Shown here: positions 27,919 to 36,614 of the stretch, piece by piece
Numbering within the stretch: the stretch's first letter is position 1
Layout of the letters: each line of letters starts with the position of its first letter
Notes under the pieces: generated by a model
The model's input: the letters and a program-made list of their open reading frames with translations, nothing else
Told to the model about the DNA's origin: nothing
Databases searched by the model: none
Assembly (NCBI GenBank): GCA_964007735.1
Contig: CAXGAI010000025.1
Coordinates: 1 to 62,050, forward strand
Source: an uncultured Rhodopirellula sp.
GTDB taxonomy: Bacteria > Planctomycetota > Planctomycetia > Pirellulales > Pirellulaceae
Direction of reading: 5' to 3'
DNA: 62,050 nucleotides
Position numbers and translations under genes: made by a program

Positions 27919-30576
27919 TTAGTCCAGATAGAGGAATTCGTTACTGTTTATCATGCTGCGGATGACCGATAGCCAGGCCCCGGCCTCCCCTGAGTCCTGA
28001 GCGAGGCGTTCAACAATGGTTTTGACATGAGTCGTTTCTTCTGGCTGCGGCGGGCGGCCAAAAAGTAATTGATAGGCTCGTTGAATCCGTTCGTCTGTAT
28101 CTGTTCCTAGTTCAAGAATCCGGCCAGCTATACGCTGAGACCGTTGGTGTATAAAGTCCGAATTCATCATGAACAAGGCTTGTAGCGTGGTTGTCGTGAC
28201 CTTCCGTTCTGACATTTGTATATTGCCATCCGGGCCGTCGAATAAATCCAGGTAATGATTCTTTACGAACCGTTGCTGCATCTGATAGACGGTTCGTTGA
28301 GAGGTTTCAAACGTCCCTACAAAGGGTTCATGTTGCCGATAAAAATAAGTGAGGCGATGATCAAACGGATGACGAACCCCTTGGCTTTCGTCCAATTCAC
28401 CGCTGATTTTAAGCAGCGTATCTCGTATTTGTTCGGCATCCATGCGTTGTCGGTCAAAACGCCAGTAGTTTAGATTGTCCGGGTCAAGTTGCAAGCTTGC
28501 AGCAACGGCGAGCGTGGAACGCATGTAGACGTCTGAGTTCATGATTCGCCGATGGAGTTGTTTGATGGACCAGTCATGGGACATTAGGTCTAAAGCGAGG
28601 TAATCGAGTAACTCCGGATGGGTTGGCTTGCTGCCGCGAACACCAAAGTCACTCGTGGAGGTTACGATGCCCTTTCCGAAATGGTAATGCCAAATTCGAT
28701 TCGCCATTACCCGGGCAGTTAAGGGGTTGTCATTGGAAGCAATCCACGTTGCTAATTCCAGTCGCCCGCTTCCGTTCGCCGTTTCGGGCAATGTTTCACC
28801 CCCAAGGATTTGCAGGAAGCCACGGGGAACCAGTTGCCCCCGCGCATTCTGTGAAGGACTCCCGCCACGCTGTACGTATTCATCGTGAGGCGTGCCATCC
28901 TGAATAGCATACGCAATTTCAAGATTGGGGAAGGATTCAGCGTGTTGGCGTCGCGCTTCACGAACCGCAAGCACATTGGCCCATGTCGATTGTCTCGTTT
29001 TGCCCGGTTCGGTAATTTTCTTTCTTTGAAAGTCCCGATAGATTTCCAGGGCAACCCGTTCTTTGCGGTTCCATTCTTCCAAGACCTCACGTTTTTCAGC
29101 CAGTAGGTTTGCGGCTTGCTCCTGTCCAATGCGGTAGACAAAATCCTGCCGCCATGGTTTATGCTCGGCGCCGGCGTGAGGATAAATGGAACTTGCGAAG
29201 ATTCCATATAGTGCGTAATAGTCGGTTGTGGGGAGTGGGTCGAACTTGTGGTCGTGGCATCGCGCACACCCGAGAGTCAGGCCCATGAAAGTGGTGCCTA
29301 TATTATTGATGGTGTCTTCGATCGTGATGTGTTTGAGGTTGTGAGGGCTTACTCCTATACGTCGGCTAATCGCAATATAGCCCGTCCCAATAACCTGTTC
29401 CCACCGATGCTCATCATTTATATAAGGTAGTAAATCTCCAGCTAGTTGTTCTTTAATGAATTGGTTATATGGCTTGTCGCTGTTAAACGAGTCTATAACG
29501 TAATTTCGATATTTATAGGCTTCCGGGACGGGGAAGTCAGCGGCGTCACCGGCCGTATCGGCATAGCGAACAAGGTCCAGCCAGTGTCGCCCCCAACGTT
29601 CACCATAGTGTGGGGATTCCAAAAGCTCGTCGACGAGCTTCGAAAAGGCGGTTCGGCCATAACGTGTGAAATCATTTTTGAATTTTAAGACTTGCTCGGG
29701 AGTCGGTGGCAAGCCTAGAAGGTCATAGTAGGCACGTCGAACCAGATTGTCGGGAGTAGCCTGTGGAGCGGACGAAAGTTTCTGCTTGTCCAGTTCGATC
29801 TGGATGTAGTGATCAACGGGGTTGGCCGAAGGTGAAATAGTTTTAGGTGGATTGTTTACAGTAACAGGCTGGAATGCCCAGAATTTGCGTTGCGCGTCGG
29901 TAATGACATAGGTTGGAGAAGCGTTTGGCTCTCGCCAGTTCACTCCATCATTGATCCATCGTGCAAAGGCTGTGAGATCTTTTTTGTTGAGCATACCGGT
30001 ATGATCGGTAGCGCTGGGTTGGCTGCCATTCAGTATTCGAATCAACAAACTGGCTCCGGCATCACCTGATATCACTGCAGGCCCCTGATCTCCGCCCTGC
30101 AGTAATCGTTCCCGACTTGCAAGGCTGAGCCCGCCTGGCCTTTTTTGTTCATCGTGGCATTTGATACAGGATTTATGAAGCGTATTGAAAATGGAACGCT
30201 GGAAGAACTCGATTTTTGAAACCGGCCAGACAGCCCCGTTGTCAATCCATTGGCGAATATGCGCGATTTCCTCGTTTGACAATGAATCATCTGGTGGCAT
30301 TGCCAGTGTGGCATGCGTTTGAGCAACAGCCTGATATAGCAGACTGTTTTTTGCATCACCTGGAAGAATCACTTTTCCTGATTCACCTCCGGCAAGAGCT
30401 GCCGCTTGGTGGTCGAGTTGCAGCTTTCCTTCTCTGGCTAATGACCCATGGCATTCGGTGCAGCGGCTGATTAAAAGTGGTCGAATCCTAGCTTCAAAAA
30501 AGTCTTCACGTTCATCAGCCTCGAGCGAAGAAACGGAAACACAGAGTAAAAACAAACAATTTGTTAGCGTTTTCAC
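27919..30576 (-). CDS. PSD1/DUF1549/DUF1553 protein with two PSCyt1 cytochrome c domains
   Basis: GTG start, signal peptide; CTECH, CIKCH, CARCHDHKFDP; YGERWGRHWLDLVRYADT; GSGRLELA.WIAS..NPLTARV; PTHPELLD. Confidence 0.92.
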   Translation of the reverse strand: MKTLTNCLFLLCVSVSSLEADEREDFFEARIRPLLISRCTECHGSLAREGKLQLDHQAAALAGGESGKVILPGDAKNSLLYQAVAQTHATLAMPPDDSLSNEEIAHIRQWIDNGAVWPVSKIEFFQRSIFNTLHKSCIKCHDEQKRPGGLSLASRERLLQGGDQGPAVISGDAGASLLIRILNGSQPSATDHTGMLNKKDLTAFARWINDGVNWREPNASPTYVITDAQRKFWAFQPVTVNNPPKTISPSANPVDHYIQIELDKQKLSSAPQATPDNLVRRAYYDLLGLPPTPEQVLKFKNDFTRYGRTAFSKLVDELLESPHYGERWGRHWLDLVRYADTAGDAADFPVPEAYKYRNYVIDSFNSDKPYNQFIKEQLAGDLLPYINDEHRWEQVIGTGYIAISRRIGVSPHNLKHITIEDTINNIGTTFMGLTLGCARCHDHKFDPLPTTDYYALYGIFASSIYPHAGAEHKPWRQDFVYRIGQEQAANLLAEKREVLEEWNRKERVALEIYRDFQRKKITEPGKTRQSTWANVLAVREARRQHAESFPNLEIAYAIQDGTPHDEYVQRGGSPSQNARGQLVPRGFLQILGGETLPETANGSGRLELATWIASNDNPLTARVMANRIWHYHFGKGIVTSTSDFGVRGSKPTHPELLDYLALDLMSHDWSIKQLHRRIMNSDVYMRSTLAVAASLQLDPDNLNYWRFDRQRMDAEQIRDTLLKISGELDESQGVRHPFDHRLTYFYRQHEPFVGTFETSQRTVYQMQQRFVKNHYLDLFDGPDGNIQMSERKVTTTTLQALFMMNSDFIHQRSQRIAGRILELGTDTDERIQRAYQLLFGRPPQPEETTHVKTIVERLAQDSGEAGAWLSVIRSMINSNEFLYLD

Positions 30577-30658
30577 GACTACACCCAGGGATGTGGTGAG
30601 GGGTCAGGCTTTTTTTCGGCAATACTCGAGCAGCCACGCAGAAAAGGAGGATGTGATT

Positions 30659-32002
30659 TTAGACCAATTCCGAGATGGGGTTCATTTGTGTTAGATACTG
30701 AGGACGACCGGTTGGGTCGACGACGGTGGTCGCACTGGTATCGATGCCAAGGTTGTGATAAACCGTTGCGAAAATTTCCTGAACATCCACCGGACGACTG
30801 TGAGCGTGTTCGCCCAAACGGTTGGTGCTTCCAATCGCCTGACCGTTTTTCATGCCACCGCCAGCCATGTAGGCACAACTAACCTGAGGCCAGTGGTCAC
30901 GACCACCATTTGCATTGATCCGTGGTGTGCGTCCGAATTCGCCCCAAACAAGAACCGTGACGTTGTCGAGCATGCCACGTTCTTCTAAATCAGTAACCAA
31001 GGCTGCAACGGCCTGGTCAATGCGAGTACCATGGTGACGAACCAGACCTTCATTGTCACCGTGACTGTCCCAACGACCATAGGTAAGTGTGACACAGCGA
31101 ACGCCCACTTCCACTAACCTTCGGGCTTGCAGCAGCCTTTCGTTGTTGGTGTCGGCACCGTCGTACTTGTACTGGAATGGTTTGCCGTCACCGTATCGGG
31201 CGCGGATGGATGGATCTTCTTTAGATACATCCAAAGCATCCACTAATTTACTTGAAGTTAATACGTCAAACGCCTGTTGTTGGTATGAGTCCAGACCTTC
31301 AAGCTGACCGGTTGCATCGATACTTGTCTTCAGGCGATCAAAGCTTTGCAATACGGCTTTTCGATCAGCCAGACGATCCGTGGTGATTCCAGTCAGTTTC
31401 ATATCAGCCAATCCCTGACCATCCGGAATAAATGGAGCGTAAGCAGCACCAAGAAAACCAGGAGTCCCCGGATTTCGCCAGACACCGTCAGTTTTCATGC
31501 CAATGTAGGGCGGCACGCTGGGGTCGACAGGCCCCTGCAACTTATGTAGAACACTGCCCAATGCAGGGTGCCCACCCAATGCCCGCATTTGTGCATGACG
31601 AAATCCAGTCATGCACTGAAATGAATCGTGGCGACCTTCACAGCCAACAACCGCACGCAGTACCGTTGATTTGTCCATGATCTGCGCAATCTTAGGAAAA
31701 CACTCGCCGATTTGAATTCCGGGGACACTTGTCGAAATTGGCTTGAATGGGCCACGAATCTCTTTCGGAGCTTCTGTTTTGATTTCCCACATGTCCTGAT
31801 GAGGAGGACCTCCGCCAAGGAAAATATTAATGACGGCCTTATGTTTCATGGAGGTCCCCGTTTTGCTTTCGGCACGCAGAATGTCTGCCATGTTGAGACC
31901 GAATGCACCAAAGCCCAATGCACCAATTTTCAATACGCCACGCCGGCTTATTCCATCGCAAAACGAGCCCTTGGGTGACTTCTTGCCATAAATAGAAAGC
32001 AT
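30659..32002 (-). CDS. DUF1501 domain protein, Tat substrate
   Basis: FCDGISRRGVLKIG; GGPPHQDMWEIK, WDSH, GEFGRTP, GRDHW; GGAGG RBS. Confidence 0.92.
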   Translation of the reverse strand: MLSIYGKKSPKGSFCDGISRRGVLKIGALGFGAFGLNMADILRAESKTGTSMKHKAVINIFLGGGPPHQDMWEIKTEAPKEIRGPFKPISTSVPGIQIGECFPKIAQIMDKSTVLRAVVGCEGRHDSFQCMTGFRHAQMRALGGHPALGSVLHKLQGPVDPSVPPYIGMKTDGVWRNPGTPGFLGAAYAPFIPDGQGLADMKLTGITTDRLADRKAVLQSFDRLKTSIDATGQLEGLDSYQQQAFDVLTSSKLVDALDVSKEDPSIRARYGDGKPFQYKYDGADTNNERLLQARRLVEVGVRCVTLTYGRWDSHGDNEGLVRHHGTRIDQAVAALVTDLEERGMLDNVTVLVWGEFGRTPRINANGGRDHWPQVSCAYMAGGGMKNGQAIGSTNRLGEHAHSRPVDVQEIFATVYHNLGIDTSATTVVDPTGRPQYLTQMNPISELV

Positions 32003-32060
32003 CGGAATTTCCCTCCGTTAATTCAATATTCATTACCTATATCGGTAACGTAATCACCTT

Positions 32061-32066
32061 ATTATA
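32061..32066 (-). promoter_or_regulatory. Candidate -10 element (TATAAT) heading the DUF1501/cytochrome run
   Basis: Perfect TATAAT on the minus strand 58 nt upstream of ATG 32002. Confidence 0.4.
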
Positions 32067-32128
32067 AGTGCCAATAAATTTTGTTGCCACGTCAGTCGTC
32101 AGAAATCAGCTATTACGGGGGGAAAGGT

Positions 32129-33919
32129 CTAGGTGTCGCGCAGTGAAAGCGTTTCCCAGCGATGCATGGCTTGTTCAAGCTCAGCTTCCAGTTTTCTTAA
32201 CTCGTCGCTAGCGGTTTTGAGCTCATCAGACGGTTTTTTGTAGAAGTCTGGGGCGGCCATCGCGGAATGGGCAGCAGAGATTCTTTCTTCTATCTGCTCG
32301 ATCGTTTGTGGAAGTTGTTCGTATTCCTGCTTTTCTTTATAAGTCAGCTTTTCTGCGCGGTTGGTTTTTGGCTCCGCCACCGATTTGGTTTGCGGAAGTC
32401 TAGCCGTAGGCATGGGGGACTGTTTTCGGCCAGCACTTTGTCGCAACCAGTCGTCATAACCACCGTCATATTCTTTGCATTCGCCATTTTCGATGGCAAT
32501 TGTACTAGTCACAACATGGTTAAGAAATGCGCGGTCGTGGCTGACCACGATGACGGTCCCTTCAAAGGCGAGCAACCGTTCTTCAAGCAATTCGAGCGTC
32601 TCCGTATCCAGATCGTTGGTGGGTTCGTCTAACACGATAACATTCGCCGGCTTCGCGAAAAGTTTGGCAAGAAGGATGCGGTGACGTTCTCCACCGGATA
32701 GAAATTTGACTTGCATGCGAGCGCGGTCCGGTGCAAAGAGAAAATCCTGCAGATAACCCAAAACATGTTTGGCATTTCCATTGACGGTTATCTTTGTCGC
32801 CCCTTCTCCGACATTCTCCTGGACGGTTTGCTCCGGGTCGAGTTGCTCACGGAGTTGGTCAAAGTAGGCTAGGTCAATATTTGTGCCCAGTCGTACACTA
32901 CCGGTCTGAGGCTCTAATTGTCCAAGGATCAACTTAATGAGTGTTGTTTTCCCGGCACCATTTGGGCCGATTACCCCAATTTTGTCTCCCCGCATAATGG
33001 TCGTCGAAAAAGACCGGACGACGGTTTGGTCCGCGTAACTAAATGAGACATCCTTTGCTTCGGCAACAAGCTGTCCACTTCTTTGAGCTTCCTGTATTCG
33101 GATGTTTGATTTCCCCGTGCGCTCACGGCGTTGACTTCTTTCGAGTCGGAGTTGTTTTAAGGCTCGTACGCGGCCCTCGTTACGAGTGCGTCGAGCCTTG
33201 ATGCCCTGTCGAATCCAGGCTTCTTCCTGGGCCAGTTTCTTGTCAAATAAGGCATTCTGCTTTTCTTCAGCGGCCAGAAACTCTTCCTTCCTTACCAGGA
33301 ATGTGTCGTAATCACAGGTCCAGTCGAAAATGCGTCCACGGTCGATTTCGAGAATTCTTTTGGCAATTTTGCGAAGAAAAGCTCGGTCGTGTGTGACAAA
33401 GAGTAGCGATCCACGCCAGTTAGCAAGGAAAGTTTCCAGCCATTGAATGGATTCGATGTCTAAATGATTGGTGGGCTCGTCAAGGCAAAGTAAATCAGGT
33501 TCGGAAACGATGGCCTGCGCCAGTAACACACGACGTTTCCAACCTGAAGACAACTGACTGCAGTTTGCAGTTAATTCCAATTGCATCCGGGAAGCCAGTT
33601 GTTCGACTTTTTGGATTTGTTCCCACTCAGGTAATGAGCTTTCTGCGAGACCTTTCAACACGGTTTCCTCGACAGTTCCGGGCATGTGGTCCGGTACTTC
33701 CTGAGGTAACCAGGCGACGGTTTTGTCAGGATGTACAATGATCTGACCGTCATCAGGCTGTTCAATACCCAGGATGAGCCGCATAAGTGTTGTTTTGCCG
33801 GCACCATTTCGCCCTAAAAGACCAATGTGCTGATTCTCCTCAATGCGACAACTCGCCTTCTCGAGAAGCGTTGGTCCGCGATAACCAATGGAGACATTTT
33901 CCAGAGCAATGATTGCCAT
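32129..33919 (-). CDS. uup: ABC-F family ATPase Uup
   Basis: Two ABC cassettes (GRNGAGKT / GPNGAGKT, LSSG / LSGG, LDEPTN); Uup-typical WIRQGIKARRTRNEGRVRALK linker; C-terminal KLTYKE..E coiled coil; no TM helices. Confidence 0.9.
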   Translation of the reverse strand: MAIIALENVSIGYRGPTLLEKASCRIEENQHIGLLGRNGAGKTTLMRLILGIEQPDDGQIIVHPDKTVAWLPQEVPDHMPGTVEETVLKGLAESSLPEWEQIQKVEQLASRMQLELTANCSQLSSGWKRRVLLAQAIVSEPDLLCLDEPTNHLDIESIQWLETFLANWRGSLLFVTHDRAFLRKIAKRILEIDRGRIFDWTCDYDTFLVRKEEFLAAEEKQNALFDKKLAQEEAWIRQGIKARRTRNEGRVRALKQLRLERSQRRERTGKSNIRIQEAQRSGQLVAEAKDVSFSYADQTVVRSFSTTIMRGDKIGVIGPNGAGKTTLIKLILGQLEPQTGSVRLGTNIDLAYFDQLREQLDPEQTVQENVGEGATKITVNGNAKHVLGYLQDFLFAPDRARMQVKFLSGGERHRILLAKLFAKPANVIVLDEPTNDLDTETLELLEERLLAFEGTVIVVSHDRAFLNHVVTSTIAIENGECKEYDGGYDDWLRQSAGRKQSPMPTARLPQTKSVAEPKTNRAEKLTYKEKQEYEQLPQTIEQIEERISAAHSAMAAPDFYKKPSDELKTASDELRKLEAELEQAMHRWETLSLRDT

Positions 33920-33924
33920 CGATC

Positions 33925-35220
33925 TTATTTAGACTCCAACCCAACACTGTTAATCGAAATGACCTCGTATTTGTCGGTAACTTTGCCCGACGAATCAACG
34001 AACTCTGTTTTGGAGTAACCAGCCACCGGCGTATCTCCGTAAGTTTTACCCTGATATAGATTGCGATAAGGTTTTTTCGGCAGCACGGAAGGGACTCGGC
34101 CAATCTCTTTCCCATTGCGTAAAATTAAAAACTGCTGAATTCCGCTTTCAAAGTCGGCCTCCGCTTCCCAGCGAACTAACATGCCCTGATCGGTTCTTTT
34201 GGTAGTAAGGGAGTTGACTTCTGGCGGGGATGTACTGTCGCTAACAGCACCGGTCTTTACAAATTCAGACCATTTTAAAGCAAAGGGCTTGTCGGGGAGC
34301 CAGGATGCTTTAAGCGGATCTCCGGCGAATTGTGATGCTGCTGTGGGATCGGTTGATTCGACGGATGCAAGGTAAGCATTTTGCTGATCAATGATCTTTA
34401 GGGGCTCACCGATTGTGTCGGGTAGTCGCATGGCTAAAGTCGAGTCGAAAAATGGAATGGCAAGATAACGTGAATCTCCCGTGTCGTGCCCTGTTGCCGG
34501 GTCGGGGGTAAAGGCGATGGGGGCTCCCTGACTTCGATAATCTTGGAACATGGCCAGGCTGTAATCCCAGGCAACATGGAACCGCTCATGCTCCTTTTCC
34601 TTGAATCCGGGGCTTACGATCATGGGGATTTGCATAGCTTCCCGAGGAATTACAGGTGATTCTGTTTCGCCTTTCTTCCAGTATCCGTAGGCAGTTCCCG
34701 ACTGGAACCAGATTGAGACGATGCGTTCAGGATATTGCATTTGAAGCAGGCTTGACCAGAATCCTCCGCCGGAGTGCCCCCAAAGGCACCACGGGGCTGT
34801 TGCAATTTCGGGACAACGGGCATCCTTCGCCAATTTTTTGAGGGAGTTAATCAGTACATCTGCTGAGCCGTTACGAGGGTCACACCATAGGCGACAACTT
34901 TGGTCAGCAGATTGTCGATATGACGGGCCCAGAAGGGCACAATCCCATTTGGCAGCAAGTGCTTGCCAGTGTAGGTCATACGCCGCCGTTTCACCTGACT
35001 TGCAGGCACCCACTCCGCAGCCGTGCTGGTGAATGATGATCCCGCGGATTTTCTTCACGGATCGAGGGACCCAGAGCGTGTGTGTTACCCCAATTTGCAA
35101 ACCGCCTTCACGACCGGTCGGCTCGTAGTTGACGGTGTAATAATTGCCCTCGCCACCTAGGCAGGAAGCCGTCAAAAAAAGACAGCTGAAAACGGCGCAA
35201 ATAAATCTTGACGACATCAT
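33925..35220 (-). CDS. Secreted alpha/beta-hydrolase with C-terminal fibronectin-III-like region
   Basis: Signal peptide after ATG 35220 (ORF opens at 35247); IHQHGCG, WGHSGGG nucleophile elbow, TGHD His; C-terminal W....D.ESGI..F.I.RNG...Y.V.S.N..GLES. Confidence 0.65.
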   Translation of the reverse strand: MMSSRFICAVFSCLFLTASCLGGEGNYYTVNYEPTGREGGLQIGVTHTLWVPRSVKKIRGIIIHQHGCGVGACKSGETAAYDLHWQALAAKWDCALLGPSYRQSADQSCRLWCDPRNGSADVLINSLKKLAKDARCPEIATAPWCLWGHSGGGFWSSLLQMQYPERIVSIWFQSGTAYGYWKKGETESPVIPREAMQIPMIVSPGFKEKEHERFHVAWDYSLAMFQDYRSQGAPIAFTPDPATGHDTGDSRYLAIPFFDSTLAMRLPDTIGEPLKIIDQQNAYLASVESTDPTAASQFAGDPLKASWLPDKPFALKWSEFVKTGAVSDSTSPPEVNSLTTKRTDQGMLVRWEAEADFESGIQQFLILRNGKEIGRVPSVLPKKPYRNLYQGKTYGDTPVAGYSKTEFVDSSGKVTDKYEVISINSVGLESK

Positions 35221-35267
35221 TGGATCCTGTATCACGCCGAATGGCAATATATAGTTTGAAGAAGCTT

Positions 35268-36614
35268 TTAACGTTTCATGTCTGAAATTGTCGTAGTACT
35301 ATCGGCGAACGCATTGATCTCTATTCCCAGTAACTGAGCCTGTGTCAGAAATAGATTGGCGAGAGGTGTATTATCAGGAACATGAGTATGTTGGCCTTGC
35401 TTGACACCAAGTTGTTCACCTCCGGCCATCAGGATGGGAAGGTCGTTGAATTGGTGTGTTGTGCCGTCACCCAAACCGGAGCCATAGGTGAAAATTGTGT
35501 TATCCAATAGTGTCGAACCATCAAACTCGATGATCGCATCCATGCGTTGGCAAATGTACACATATTGCTGCATGTAAAACTTGTCGATTTGCAGCAATTC
35601 GTTGACGAATTTATGTGGGGCATGAGTCATTGTGTGATGGCTCATCGGCTTGTCAAATAAGCTTTCGAACAAATAAGGTGTGTTCCAACGTTCCGGTCCA
35701 ATCATCAGAGTTGCAACATTGGTGAGTCCAGTTTGTAGTGCAGCCACCATGATGTCTCCCATGGTTCGAATGTATTCACCTCGAGGTAGTAAGGCGTCGG
35801 CGGGCAGATCGATGTTGGCGGCCTTGATTTCGTCTCTCATCCCTTCTAGGCGATCTATCTGGAGTTCAAGGCTGCGGATACCAGCGAAGTATTCTTTGAA
35901 TTTATCCTGATCTCGTTTGTTTAGATCACGTTGTAATTCTTTGGCATCTTCTAGCACAAGATCGGTAATGTTGCGGAAGCTTCCTCGTGCCTGCGTACCG
36001 AAAAGGCGTCGATAAGCCTGACGGACATCTCGAATGGAAGGAGTTACATGCCCCGTGCCATACCAGGATATGTTATCGAAATGAATTGATTCCTTGTTGT
36101 CTTGGTGACTGTTGCAACTCAGTGTGAGTGTGCGAAAAGGAGTTTCCGCGCCGATGGAATCTGCAACAATGTGATCAAACGTACGGTCTAAAGGATAGGC
36201 CGATTCGGTTACCGAATCCATTGTTGCGCTGCTAAGGAAACAGGAACCACATTGGGCATGCACATCGGTCCCCTGTTTGTACGTTCGATCAAGCCCCGAA
36301 ATGAAACTAACCTTTTTCTTAATCGGTTCTAACGGCTCTTGTGTCGGGGTCAGATCTTCAAAAGCCTTGGTTCCAACCGAACGTTCAATGCCAATGGCCT
36401 TCGTGGTGGCTCCATTAAATTTAGGAAGGAGCGTTTCCTCTTCCCCGGGGAAGAATCCTTTGCGAACGACGCCCATTGGTATGTAATAGATGGCCATGCG
36501 TTGTCGAGGTCTCGACCTTTTGTCTTTGCCAACGGCTAGGCTCTCAAATAATGGCAACGCCAGTGTTGTACCTGCAGCGCCTTGGAGGAATTGTCGGCGG
36601 GTTGCTCTACTCAC
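35268..36614 (-). CDS. DUF1552 (HXXSHH) domain protein, Tat substrate
   Basis: TRRQFLQGAAG..LALP.FES; AALQTGLTNVAT; SHHTMTH variant motif; YGSGLGDG..H...DLP; overlaps DUF1592 stop. Confidence 0.88.
   Translation of the reverse strand: MSRATRRQFLQGAAGTTLALPLFESLAVGKDKRSRPRQRMAIYYIPMGVVRKGFFPGEEETLLPKFNGATTKAIGIERSVGTKAFEDLTPTQEPLEPIKKKVSFISGLDRTYKQGTDVHAQCGSCFLSSATMDSVTESAYPLDRTFDHIVADSIGAETPFRTLTLSCNSHQDNKESIHFDNISWYGTGHVTPSIRDVRQAYRRLFGTQARGSFRNITDLVLEDAKELQRDLNKRDQDKFKEYFAGIRSLELQIDRLEGMRDEIKAANIDLPADALLPRGEYIRTMGDIMVAALQTGLTNVATLMIGPERWNTPYLFESLFDKPMSHHTMTHAPHKFVNELLQIDKFYMQQYVYICQRMDAIIEFDGSTLLDNTIFTYGSGLGDGTTHQFNDLPILMAGGEQLGVKQGQHTHVPDNTPLANLFLTQAQLLGIEINAFADSTTTISDMKR

Noticed and set aside
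5086..32002. Calling the DUF1501 proteins sulfatases
   Set aside because: None has the [CS]xPxR formylglycine motif present in the two true sulfatases.
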